Origin: Squalus acanthias
Taxonomy: Eukaryota
DNA length: 64,000 nt
Assembly (NCBI GenBank): GCA_030390025.1
Contig: CM059432.1
Coordinates: 63,180,001-63,244,000 of the forward strand
Direction of reading: 5' to 3'
Under the pieces are notes generated by a model. That model searched no databases. It had not been told where the DNA came from and worked only from the letters and a program-made list of their open reading frames with translations. The stretch's first letter is position 1. The number at the start of each line of letters is the position of its first letter. Made by a program: the position numbers and the translations under genes. Shown here piece by piece: positions 11,317 to 23,260 of the stretch.

Positions 11317-11804
11317 CAGCATGAGTTAGAGGTTGCCATATTAGCATAGAGATGCTGGCGTTCAAACCTGTACCTATTATGACAGAAATGAAAACATTTT
11401 ATTTCACCAACATCTTGCAGGGAATTATTACTATTAATATGCAAATAACCAAGAGGCTTGTAACAATGATACTACTTACATTTCTAAATTGCTCATCCCA
11501 TACAGAGAGATATTTTTAGCATGCTTTACAGGGCAGTGAATAGAACGTGAACTCAGAGGGGGGAAAGGTATATCATTCCCATATGATTGGATTGAGATGC
11601 AACAATACAGATAGAGGAAAAGGTAGCTTAACTGAATGGCTTGCATGGAGGTGCACTGTTAAAAAGCCAATGTTTATGTACCAATGAAGAAAAACCATCA
11701 ATCAGAACCTGATTAACTAATCAGCCCAAATGCCCTGGCATCTCTTCTGACGGTGGCTATTGTCCATTATCATCTGCTTCCCCTTCCACGTGTTTCTTAA
11801 AAAT

Positions 11805-12510
11805 TTTTTAAATCTCAAACCTGACCCCAACCCGCCTCCAACCCACCCACATCTGGTTTTAACGGAGGCGGGGTGGGGGGTGGGGGGTTGTAGGCAGCCA
11901 ACCCGCTCCCAGGAGGCAGGTTGGGCACTTTAAATATTATAATGAGGCTGCGTGTCTCATATTTAACCTTCCTTCCAGGTTTATCCCTGGCCAGCCGGGT
12001 TTCCCGGGCCTCGGGAAACCCGGCAGCTAAAGGGAGGCGAGGACTGCTTCGTGGAAAAGGTAAGTGCCTTTACAGCACTGCTTATGGGGCAGGAGGAGCA
12101 GGAGTGCTTCCCCCTGGCCCTCCAAGCTTACCTTCTTCCCTGCCCACCATCGGCCACCCACCCTCCCCGCCCAATCCAAGGAATCCCCAGGCAATCGGAC
12201 ACCGCCCCCAGATCGGTGACCACCCACCCCCGAGATCGAGCCTCCCCAGGATCGGCGACCACCCCCACTATGATCCAGACCCACCCGCACGCTCCCACTA
12301 ACCCAGCTGCAAGGTCCCTATCTATTCCTGGCCTGCAGCCTCCTATGGAGCGTTCCCCACCTGACAGCAAGCCAAGCCTGTCAACCAGGCTGGCTTCTGG
12401 GCTGGGAACCTGCTTGAAAAAAAGACACACGATGTGACGTTAAAACTTCCTCCCTGGAACTGGTAGAAAGTTTTCCGGTGGCATTTAAATGAGGCCAGGG
12501 TGTTAAAATA
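11805..12510 (+). mobile_element. GC-rich Harbinger-type MITE, unexpanded sister of 12552-15840
   Basis: Shares AACCCGCCTCC..GGTTTTAACGGAGGCGGG..GCAGCCAACCCGCT.CCAGGAGGCAG and downstream blocks with 12620-12850. Confidence 0.6.
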
Positions 12511-12551
12511 CTCTGGGCCTCTTTTTGCTGCAACGTTTGAACTGACACCAA

Positions 12552-15500
12552 GGGGGGAATTTTAACCTAAAAAAACAGGTAGGTTTGGAGCGTGGGGATA
12601 GTTGAATTGTTAAAAATCGCAATCTCGACCTGAACCCGCCTCCGGTTTTAACGGAGGCGGGATGGGGGCGGGCAGCCAACCCGCTGCCAGGAGGCAGCAC
12701 GTTAATTTTAATATTATAATGAGGCTGAAGTCTCTTATTTAACCTACATTTTGTGTTTAACTGTAGCTGGTTGGGTTTTATACACTTCGTAAAACCCGAT
12801 AGTTACAGCAAGACGAGGACTACTGCATCCAGGAGGTAAGTACCTTTACACCTACTTCCTGGATCCAGGGTCCCTGCCTAACCCACCTCCCGTGATTAGA
12901 GACTCCCCCACAAGGCCTCCGATCACTCCCCCAGGCCTCCCCCTGCTCCAACCTCCGATCCACTTTGGACAGCCACCCCTCCACCCCCGATGTACTCCTG
13001 GGCTGACCTCCGATCTATTGCTGGGCCTCCCCCCCTCACCCCTCCCAATCTATTGCTGGGCTGACCCCGCTCCCACCACCAATCTATTACTGGGCTGACC
13101 CCCCTCCTCCCCCCAATATATTGCTGGGCCTCACCCACCCCCACCCCACCCGACTACCAAACTATTGCTGACCCCTCCCCCCCACCAATCCATTGCTGAC
13201 CCCTCCCCCCACCAATCCATTGCTGACCCCCCCCACCAATCCATTGCTGATCCCTCCCCCCCACCAATCCATTGCTGACCCCTCCCCCCACCAATCCATT
13301 GCTGATCCCTCCCCCCCCACCAATCCATTGCTGATCCCTCCCCCCCACCAATCCATTGCTGACCCCTCCCCCCCACCAATCCATTGCTGACCCCCCCTCC
13401 CCCCCACCAATCCATTGCTGACCCCCCCACCAATCCATTGCTGACCCCTCCCCCCCACCCCACCAATCCATTGCTGACCCCTCCCCTCCACCAATCCATT
13501 GCTGACCCCCCCTCCCTCCCACCAATCCATTGCTGACCCCCCCCACCAATCCATTGCTGACCCCTCCCCCCCACCCCACCAATCCATTGCTGACCCCTCC
13601 CCCCCACCAATCCATTGCTGACCCCCCCCACCAATCTATTGCTGACCCCTCCCCCCTACCCCACCAATCCATTGCTGACCCCCCCACGACCAATCCATTG
13701 CTGACCCCTCCCACCCCACCAATCCATTGCTGATCCCCCCCCACCAATCCATTGCTGACCCCCCCCCACCCCACCAATCCATTGCTGACCCCTCCCCCCC
13801 ACCAATCCATTGCTGACCCCTCCCCCCCACCAATCCATTGCTGACCCCCCCCACCAATCCATTGCTGACCCCCCCTCCCCCACACCAATCCATTGCTGAC
13901 ACCCCCCACCAATCCATTGCTGACCCCTCCCCCCCACCCCACCAATCCATTGCTGACCCCTCCCCCCCCACCAATCTATTGCTGACCCCTCCCCCCCACC
14001 CCACCAATCCATTGCTGACCCCTCCCCCCCACCAATCTATTGCTGACCCCTCCCCCCCACCCCACCAATCCATTGCTGACCCCCCCACGACCAATCCATT
14101 GCTGACCCCTCCCCCCCACCCCACCAATCCATTGCTGACCCCCCACCCCACCAATCCATTGCTGACCCCCCCCACGACCAATCCATTGCTGACCCCTCCC
14201 ACCTCACCAATCCATTGCTGACCACCCCCCCACCAATCTATTGCTGACCCCTCCCCCCCACCCCACCAATCCATTGCTGACCCCCCCCACGACCAATCCA
14301 TTGCTGACCCCTCCCACCCCACCAATCCATTGCTGATCCCCCCCCACCAATCTATTGCTGACCCCCCCACCCCACCAATCTATTGCTGACCCCTCCCACC
14401 CCACCAATCCATTGCTGACCCCCCCTCCCCCCCACCAATCCATTGCTGACCCCTCCCACCCCACCAATCCATTGCTGACCTCCCCTCCCCCCCCACCAAT
14501 CCATTGCTGATCCCCCCCCCCACCAATCCATTGCTGACCCCCCCACCCCACCAATCCATTGCTGACCCCCCCCACCCCACCAATCTATTGCTGATCCCCC
14601 TCCCCCCACCAATCCATTGCTGATCCCCCTCCCCCCCACCAATCCATTGCTGACCCCCCTCCCCCCACCAATCTATTGCTGACCCCCCTCCCCCCCACCA
14701 ATCCATTGCTGACCTCCCCACCAATCCATTGCTGACCCCCCCACCCCACCAATCCATTGCTGACCCCCCCTCCCCCCCACCAATCCATTGCTGACCCCCC
14801 CACCAATCCATTGCTGACCCCCCCCACCAATCCATTGCTGATCCCTCTCCCCCCACCAATCCATTGCTGATCCCTCCCCCCCCACCAATCCATTGCTGAC
14901 CCCTCCCCACCAATCCATTGCTGTCCCCCCCCCACCAATCCATTGCTGATCCCTCCCCCCCCACCAATCCATTGCTGTCCCCCCCCACCAATCCATTGCT
15001 GTCCCCCCCACCAATCCATTGCTGACCCCTCCCCCCCACCAATCCATTGCTGTCCCCCCCCACCAATCCATTGCTGACCCCCCCACCCCACCAATCCATT
15101 GCTGACCCCCCCACCCCACCAATCCATTGCTGACCCCCCCCACCCCACCAATCCATTGCTGACCCCCCCCCACCCCACCAATCCATTGCTGACCCCCCCA
15201 CCCCACTAATCCATTGCTGACCCCCCCACCCCACCAATCCATTGCTGACCTCCCCTCCCCCCCACCAATCTATTGCTGACCTCCCCTCCCCCCCACCAAT
15301 CCATTGCTGACCTCCCCTCCCCCCCACCAATCCATTGCTGACCTCCCCTCCCCCCCACCAATCCATTGCTGACCTCCCCTCCCCCCCACCAATCCATTGC
15401 TGACCCCTCCCCCCCACCAATCCATTGCTGACCCCCCCACCAATCTATTGCTGACCCCTCCCCCCCACCAGTCCATTGCTGGCCTCTCCCCCCCACCAAT

Positions 15501-15840
15501 CTATTGCTGACCCTGCCCCCCCACCAATCTATTGCTGGGCCGACCTCCCCCTCTGATCTATTGCTGGGCTGACCCCTACGCAAACCTTCCCTCCCTCCTC
15601 GCTGTGGCCTAGTGCTGCAGGCCTACTGCCTGGAGCCAGCCATCATCTCAATCTGGCTGGCTGCGGATGGGAAAAAGAGGCCTCGCATGCAAACCAGGCC
15701 CTGCCGTTAAAGTCAGCAGGGCCTGCAGGAAACCTGTGATCCCAGGGAGCCCCCCCCCACCGCCCCCAACCCGCCTTCCCCATGAAAATCCAGCCCCAAA
15801 ACGCAAGCCAAAAATTGTCCCTCAGTTAAAATCAGGGCCC
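12552..15840 (+). mobile_element. Harbinger-type MITE containing an expanded minisatellite
   Basis: Starts GGGGGGAATTTTAAC, ends GTTAAAATCAGGGCCC; homologous to 11805-12510 outside the array. Confidence 0.6.
13160..15540. repeat. Minisatellite of roughly 80 units of ~25-33 bp: CCACCAATC(C/T)ATTGCTGA plus a variable C-tract
   Basis: Directly visible tandem array; extreme C/G strand skew; unit count estimated from length. Confidence 0.97.
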
Positions 15841-15959
15841 GAGTGGCAGCATAAGCTTTGTTTTATCTGTTTTGTGCCTGGATTTGAGGGTGATGTTTAG
15901 GTGTCATGAACTGCAATTGCAGAAGATGGCATGGTCACCTAGAAACCAGCCTTCCAGCC

Positions 15960-16340
15960 TGTCCTCCCCTTAAAAGATTTGCAACACATTGCTTTGCTTC
16001 ATGACGCAGGCATTATGAGCACTGCCGGGGTCATGTGGATATATGTACATGATTTTGAGACAGTGGTTGCCGACCATCTGCACAGTCATGCAACAGAATT
16101 CCTTTCTATTGAGGTACGAGATTACACCAAGCCCTGATGCCCAGATGGCCACCATGTGTTCAGTTTATTGCGCCTTGCACTCTGGGAAAGCAAGTATGTG
16201 CATAAAATTGAGTACCTCTTTCCTGATACTGCTGATGGTTATTGGCGAATTGGATAAAGATGTGATGCTGAAAGAGGGTATTTGTGACCGCTGTGCTACT
16301 GTGCTGGACATGATGACAGGCTTACACCCAATATATACCG
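15960..16340 (-). pseudogene. HARBI1-like Harbinger transposase fragment
   Basis: LNRKEFCCMTVQMVGNHCLKIMYIYPHDPGSAHNACVMKQS matches the family pattern NRKGFHSLNVQ..CD......PGS.HD..IL..S. Confidence 0.7.
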
Positions 16341-16549
16341 TGTAGATGCCTAGCAGCTAGAGACATAGTCCAGTATGACTGCCACTTTTATTGCCACAGT
16401 TGAAGCAATGGGTATGGTAATATAATGGTACTGTCAACTCACTGGTCACAAGTTCCTATTCCCACAATGCCATGTTATGAAATTGAATTCAGTAAATCAG
16501 GCAATTCATGGGTGGGAAAAAGGTTTTTTGCTGTTGACAGCTGCCTCAC

Positions 16550-16752
16550 CATGTAGAATCTTACAGCACAGAAGGAGGCCATTCGGCTCATTGTGCCTGT
16601 GCCGGCTCTTTGAAAGAGCTGTCCAATTAGTCCCACGCCCTTGCTTCTTCCTCACAGCCCTGCAAATTTTCCTTTTCAGTTATATATCCAATTCCCTTTT
16701 GAAATTACTATTGAATCTGATTCCACCACCCTTTCAGGCAGTGCGTTCCAGA
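16550..16752 (-). mobile_element. CR1 3'-end fragment
   Basis: tagaatcttacagcacagaaggaggccattcggc...ccaccaccctttcaggcagtgcgttccaga resembles the reverse complement of 52700-52900. Confidence 0.7.
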
Positions 16753-16774
16753 ACTCCCATGTTCTTCTTCCAAT

Positions 16775-16986
16775 AGTGTGATGGGATCTTTTACATCCAC
16801 CTGAGAGGGCAGGCAGAGCTCCGAGTTTAACGTCTCATCCAAAAGACGGCACTTCCGACAGGGCAGCGCTCCCTCAGTACTGGGAGAGTCAGCCTAGATT
16901 TTACGCACAAATCTCTGAAGTGGGACTTGAACCTACAACCTCTGACTCAGAGGTGAGAGTACTACCACTGAGTGATGGCTGACACT
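16775..16986 (-). mobile_element. tRNA-derived SINE, 5' half (Deu-domain type)
   Basis: Reverse complement has A/B boxes (CTCAGTGGTAGTACT...GGTTCAAGTCCCAC) followed by GTACTGAGGGAGCGCTGC..GATGAGACGTTAAAC. Confidence 0.75.
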
Positions 16987-16998
16987 GCTAGACACAAA

Positions 16999-17760
16999 GG
17001 GGCAGAAATTGGGTACCTTTGCGCCTCCCGTTATCGCCTCCGGGGGGACGATAATGGGGCGCTAACCACTTACTGCCCAGGCAGGCGAGAATATCGCCTC
17101 CCGCTAAATTCGTCAGGAGGTTTGAGGCGGCGGTATGGTGTTGCGCTCTGATCTCCTTCGCCCGGAAATCGTGACGTCATCACCATGCGCGTGGCCCTGG
17201 TAGCGCCCAGGACCTGAACTTCGGTTCTGGCCCCTGCAGCATCGTCGGCCGAAAACACCGGCAGCTGCAGGAGGTGTTGATCGGGAGGCCGGGCGCTTCA
17301 GGAGTGAAAGTTAAAGAGGAGGCTGCCGAGGTAAGTCCCTAAATTTTTGAAATGGTTTTGCTCAATTTTTTTTTCCTTCTTTTGGGCCGTGATCGATCAG
17401 CCTGGCACTCTGCTGGAGTGCATGGGGCTGATCGAGCCGGATCACAGCTGCCGTCGGGGACCAGCTAACTGTTCCCAATGCAGAGCCTGCAGCGATGGCT
17501 CTTCCCTTTAAGGGAGGGAAGGAGCCTCGGATCGCGGCAGCTCTGCACGGACATTGTGCAGCGCTGCACAACCAATGCCCCGCCTGCGTCCTTTAGCGCT
17601 CTAGGAAGGAAGTGGAGCACTTGGCGCTTGGCGCTCCACTTCCTTCCTGGAGCGCTAAACCCAATTTTGTGAAAGCTGGAAATCATTAGCGCCTGGCGCT
17701 AAGTTTCCCAGCTTTCAAAGGTTACCGCCCCCAAACGCGCCGATAATGAATTTCTCCCCC
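16999..17760. mobile_element. GC-rich Harbinger-type MITE
   Basis: TIRs GGGGCAGAAATT / AATTTCTCCCCC; many GGCGCT/AGCGCC subterminal motifs, similar to 39729-41575 and 44502-45395. Confidence 0.75.
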
Positions 17761-17879
17761 TAAATGTACCTTTGTCCCTTCCGATATTGGGCTCTCGTTT
17801 CCTCCTCCCCCACCGCTCACCTCCATTTTAAAGAGGTTACGATAGATTTCCAATTGAGGATAGCAGTATTTTTTGATTT

Positions 17880-18625
17880 TTGGAGGAAGAAGAGGAGAAA
17901 CAGAGGGCGGGTAGGCCATTAAGTAATCCCCTACCACTCCAGACTACACAGACCAGCGTGTTTCTACCTCCAGATGACCCAGAACAGGGGTCAGCTGCGA
18001 TCGGTGATTTATGCCACATGTTGCAGCCCAACCTACAGCCCATCTCCACCACAGGCACTGCGCAGCCAGTGGCTGTTAAGGTCACAACCATCCTGAACTT
18101 TTACGCTACGGTATCATTCCAGGGAGCTACTGGGGATATCGCTGACATTAGTTAATCAGCTGTGCACAGTTGTAAAAAGAAAATCACAGATCCATTGTTT
18201 GGTAGAGCAAGTTCATCCATTTCCCCACCAACAATCCCCAGCAGCGTGGCAGACCATTGCAGTTTTACAGAGTGGCAGGTTTTCCCAAGGTCTAGAAGTC
18301 ATGGATTGTACGCACGTGATCATACCTGCTCCCCTGATCACTCCGTCTGCCCACGTCAACAGGGAAGGATTCCACTCTCTGAATGTGAGTTTTTGTTTGT
18401 GACCTTCAGCCCCATATCACGCAAGTGAATTCTTGCTTTCATTTTAAGGCAGCCAAGCATAACCATTTTCCAATTGAAATTTCTGAGTGAATCCTAGGAG
18501 ATCAAGACTATTCTCTACAGCTGATGACACCTGTGCACTTGCCCAGGAAAACAGCTGAGAACCACCAAAACTAGACTCATTCTGCCACCACAGTCACTAT
18601 ACAGCAGACGATTAGAATTTTAGAA
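17880..18625 (+). pseudogene. HARBI1-like Harbinger transposase, degenerate
   Basis: LCHMLQPNLQP...PVAVKVTTILNFYATVSFQGATGDI; MDCTHVII; VNREGFHSLNV; GDQDY-like motif; stops and frameshifts. Confidence 0.85.
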
Positions 18626-18629
18626 TTGA

Positions 18630-19055
18630 AGAAACAAATTTAGTATTGATATAGCACCTTTCACATCTTCAGGAATACCCAAAACTTTTCAGAGCCATTG
18701 AATTACCTTTTGAAGTGTAGTTGCTGTTGTTTTATGGGAGAACATAGCAGCCAATTTGCACACAGCAACATCTACAAATGAATGAATGACCAGTTCATCT
18801 GTTTCTGGTGACTTTGGTTGAGGGAGAACGTTGGCCAGGACACTCGGAGAACTTTGTGCTCTGCCTTAAATAGTGACAAGTAATCTTTTATTTCCAACTG
18901 AACAGATAAACCTCGGTTTAACACCTCAGCCGAAAGATGGCACCCCTTACAATGTAACACTTCCTCAGTACTAGACTGAAGTGTCAGTTTAGATGATGTG
19001 CTCAAGTGGAATGGAGCTTAAACCCAAAACCTCTGGTTCAGAGGTGAGAGTGAGA
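18630..19055 (-). mobile_element. tRNA/Deu-type SINE with L2-like tail
   Basis: Homologous to 16775-16986 and to the reverse complement of 20780-21150. Confidence 0.7.
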
Positions 19056-19759
19056 ACGGGGGGAAGTTGAGGGCTGACCTGGAGGGGGGCGGGCGGGCGG
19101 GGAGGGGTTGGTGTACCTGGCTGGGAGCTTTTCTTTTGGCTCAGAGCTGAGAATGTGTGGGTAGGTGGGGTGGGGGTGGGTGGGGGAAGGGCGAGGGGGG
19201 GCGTGGGGGGGGCGAGGGTGGGGGGGGTTGCGGTGACCTGGTAGGTCTTCTTCTTCTGCTTCTTCTTGGTAAGTCACATCTGGAAAAAGAAAAGAAGAGA
19301 GATTCGAATGGGTTTCTGAGGAACAGAGTTCACATGACTTTCAGTAAAAGGAATGAGATTCGGGTTTCACGTTCTCATTTGCGGGCAGGTAATGTGGGGT
19401 ACAGCAGCATGAGAAGGAGCAGGACATCTAACTGGGACCAGGTTCACTGAAATCATTTTGGTGGGCTACTGGTGGATGGGGGGGTGGGGGGTAGGGGAGG
19501 GGGATTTTTACATCGGAGAGTCTGCCTCAGGGGAAGGTGGGAGATTACTGTGGCAGGCCTTGCTGCCAATAGGCATTAGAATTTTTCTTTTTAATTGAAT
19601 TATTCAGTACTGAGGAGTTGAATTGATCATTCGCAATTGATTCAATTCCCACCAGGGCGATTAAAATCCAGCCTGCATGCCATAGCAATGCTGTGTGCCA
19701 GCAGTGCATAGTGTTCGGTGCTGTTATTCTGTAAATGACATAATGCGTAACGTATTCTC

Positions 19760-20240
19760 TGTTATTTGCACGTCATTACAATATGCCTATCCATACATGG
19801 GTGGATGTAATTAATGTCTGATGTCGCTTCCAGTGGGATATCTTGGGAATGGTGGCTGGGACTTGGCTGTTTGCTCGATTTTCCACCCCTGCATTCTGGA
19901 CATACTCCAGGCTTCCTTTTTGAAACTGCTGAACGGGCTGGATTTTGCAGAATATGTGACAAAGAAGGTGTGCACAGACGACTGAGTAATGAGGCTAATA
20001 TCACTCAAAGTACCCTGAAATGACCAGATAGCATAAACATTGAGAGTGGTACTGACCTTCGCAGCAGTCCCTATGGTGGAGGTGAGTTGAAGATCCAGTT
20101 CCAGCAGGTGGCACAACTCATTGAGGCCTTCCCTGGGGAAGTGCATCCTATTCAAGCAGTACTCCTGGTTCAATTGGAGGTACGACCATTGACGTTTATA
20201 AATTCTTGAAGTCGAATATCCCCAGAAAGCTCCCATCCAT
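19760..20240 (-). pseudogene. HARBI1-like transposase N-terminal half
   Basis: RIYKRQWSYLQLNQEYCLNRMHFPREGLNELCHLLELDLQ...KVSTTLNVYAIWSFQGTLSDISLITQSSVH. Confidence 0.8.
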
Positions 20241-20779
20241 CTCATGTGGTACTGGCCTCTCTGATTTCATCAAGAAAACACAGATACATGGATATTCCCA
20301 ATGGAAATCCCATGATGGCCCTTGTAGACTGAATGAAAGTAGAAAGTGAGAAGTATCACAGCTAATTATTGAGAGATAGAGGTTGCAGCAAGAGTCTGAA
20401 GGCAACAAACAGAAACAAAATGGGGAAAATTGATGCCAAAAAAGAATTTACAGGGAAAGTGATTGTGATCTGCTTTGACTTTTTAATTTCATTTCCGCCT
20501 TGACAGCTGATCTCGGTATGACAGTACGCCCCTTTTAAACAGGTTTACATCATGTAAATGAAGCAAAAATTAGAAGAAATTGGATACATGACCTCATCCA
20601 GTGGTTACTGACTCATTTGCACATGCCTGCATGTACGTGGATGGCTTCTGATGCCCACCCATCAATTCTGGCGGAAATTCACAATGACATGGCCAGGCTC
20701 CATCCCATTTTGCAAACATCTCTGCTCAGGTTACACCTGCAACAGACCAAGAAAACGATATAAATTATTAGGATAACGC

Positions 20780-21150
20780 TTGCTTGCAGCACTGAGGGAA
20801 TGCTGCGATGTTATAGGTACAGTCTTTCGGATAAATGTTAAACTGAGGCTGTGGCGTTCTGCTGCAATGGTTCAGGTGGAGGTAAAAGATCTCATGGCAA
20901 TATTTAGATATGAGCAGGGAGTTCTCTTGGTGCCCTGGCCAACATTCATCTCTCAACCGACATCCCTAAAATGGATTCACTGGTGATTCATCTCCTTTGC
21001 TGTTTGTGGGATCTTGTTGCTTGCAAATTGGTTGCTGCATCTTCCCACTGACAACATTGATTACACTTCAAAAGTAATTCATTGTCTATGAAGTGCTTTG
21101 GGACATCCTAATGACGTAATAAGGTACTAAATAAATGCAAATTCTTTCTT
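20780..21150 (+). mobile_element. Deu-type SINE body with L2-like 3' end
   Basis: GCACTGAGGGAATGCTGC..GTTAAACTGAGG..; 3' end AAGTGCTTTGGGACATCCT..AAATAAATGCAA. Confidence 0.7.
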
Positions 21151-22929
21151 CCTTCTTTAATACTACAGCATACTCAGAAAAACAGCACTGTTAGAAATTC
21201 AATTTATACTAGCGAAAAATTATGATTTTTGTGTCTCTTTCAATTTTACGTTGTTATTGACTTTGAAAAGTCTGGATACCCTAGAAAAGAATAGCTACTC
21301 CTTATCAGTCTTTACTGTGCTGTATTGCACTGCATCTCTGTCCTTTATCTCTTTCTGTGAAGGGTAGATTTTCCAACATCAAAACCTTTCCAGTCAGCGG
21401 GATTCAGGTGTGTGGGAACTGGAAGCTGGGCCTCTAGTGATTTTGGGGAGCTGGCGTGCTGGATGGGCCATATGTGACATCATTCTAAGAGACAGCATCC
21501 ATATCCCTATTGCTGGGCCTAGCCACAGCTTTCCTATGGGGAGCATGTGCTGGAATACTAAACAAGGCAACCCCCCCCCCCACACCCCCTGTGATTCACT
21601 TGATGCACTCACCTCAAACAGCAGCAGATTACATGCCGAGAGCTTGTTTTGAATGCCTAATGGGCCTTTACCTTGGAAAATTCATTGGGGTGGCATGTAC
21701 CATAACATTTTTGCCACCTCCATGCTCTCTACCCTTCTGTCTCACACTCACACTCTTTACCACACCCTACAGACAAGCATGTGTACAAGTATGTGTATGC
21801 AGACATGTACACAGACAAACACGTATCTCTCCCACAGAATAAAGATGAGTAGAGAACAGTAATTTTCCAAGCTTGTGCTCTTGATGGGGATTCTCATCCA
21901 CATATTGGAAATTTGGGCTTGTGTTCCGACTATTATTTTAAATGATCAGAAATTGTGTGCAACGCATGCTGGAATTTCTGATAGAAGTCTCAGTGGGTAA
22001 GGTTCTCTGCTGGGGAGTGCAAAGTCAGAAAATGACCCCTGAGAAGTCCATCATACAAATGCACCCAATTTGGTTTTGGGCTTACACTTACCTGTTCTTA
22101 ATACACATCTAAACATTATCTCCTTCTAAGGAGTAACTGTGTTTGTTTCATAATCTGAAATTTAAATGGACTTGATAGAATCAACCATTTTATCCTCCTC
22201 ACCAACTTCATGCTTCCAAGATCTTTGTTTCTCACTCTGTGTCTCCAAGATTCCAGTTCTCTTTTACCTATTCCCCTGCCTACTCTATTTCTGAGATTCC
22301 TGCAATTCCTATGTTTCTGTGATCATGCCTCCACCATGCAGGTCCAAGATTTCCTCTGCTCCCTTTGCTTCTTAGAAACTCCCCCACTATCTCTGCATCT
22401 GAGCTTCTTCCATTATCTTTGCATCTCTGAGATTGCGCTCCACATTCTTTGCATGTCTAAAATTTGTTTCCTCCACATATTTGTATTTCCAAGATTCCTC
22501 TCACTCTCTATATCTTTCAGATCCTTTGCCCATTTCAACATCTCTAAAGGTGCCTTTACACTTCCCCAAATAAACTGAGAGCAAATCATTTTGAACTTCG
22601 CTAAAGTTTGCAGAGCTGTTTTACATTGGCTCTTCCAAATCTAAACTTACTTCCCTGTTTCAAAATCCGTTTGAAGCCATTGACATTACTGTATTTTAAG
22701 GATGCTTCCAGTCGTCTGCATTTTTGAACCCAAACAGCAGACGGCTACATTTACACTGCAGTCTGGGGGTTTCACTCCTGGAGTTCCACTGCAATCTCTA
22801 GTCAGATCACTAATGAGAATCTAATTGCAGTAATGAAGTGGAGCTCACTTTGCAGTGATACTATAGTTGGTTTGTAAGTGCATCTTAAGGTTCCCTGTAC
22901 AGCATAGGCAGTATGGTTGGCAGACAGGA

Positions 22930-23070
22930 AATGGATTTTCCAGAGTGAAATGGGTGATACCGATTTATACATCTCTCCCGATTTTCATTTAAGTTGGGAG
23001 AGATGTATAATGGGCAGTTGAATCGATACTGCCGGTTTTACATTATCACTCAAGGTCAAAATTATCCCCA
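22930..23070. mobile_element. Short palindromic MITE
   Basis: TTATACATCTCTCCCGA / TTGGGAGAGATGTATAA central hairpin; TIR-like end AAAATTATCCCC. Confidence 0.5.
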
Positions 23071-23174
23071 TTAAGCATAAAAGGATAGATTATCAGAATC
23101 CTCATGCACTGTGAGGCATCTCACACACGGCAAGCGTATCTCAGAAAACTGCGCGTCTGTTGCCTGTGATCTCA

Positions 23175-23260
23175 AAGGTATAGATGGTAATAGATGGCAT
23201 CCATGTAGCTAGGAATGGCCCCTATATGAACTGCAAGGGTTTCTACTCCACCAAGAACAC
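23175..23260 (+). pseudogene. Small HARBI1-like fragment
   Basis: VIDGIHVA...YMNCKGFYS resembles AIDGTHVA...YVNRKGFHS. Confidence 0.55.

Noticed and set aside
13160..15540. CRISPR-like repeat-spacer appearance
   Set aside because: Spacers are low-complexity C-tracts rather than unique sequences; eukaryotic context; no cas genes
13131..15583. Long Gly/Trp-rich ORFs (GGSAMDWW, GQQWIGG, VSNGLVGG repeats)
   Set aside because: Artefacts of a stop-poor minisatellite. All three frames read through, unit lengths are not multiples of three, and there is no gene context.
16900..16986. tRNA gene
   Set aside because: A/B boxes continue into a SINE body; no convincing cloverleaf
17880..18625. Host HARBI1 gene
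   Set aside because: Multiple stops and frameshifts, and several divergent copies; these are transposon relics
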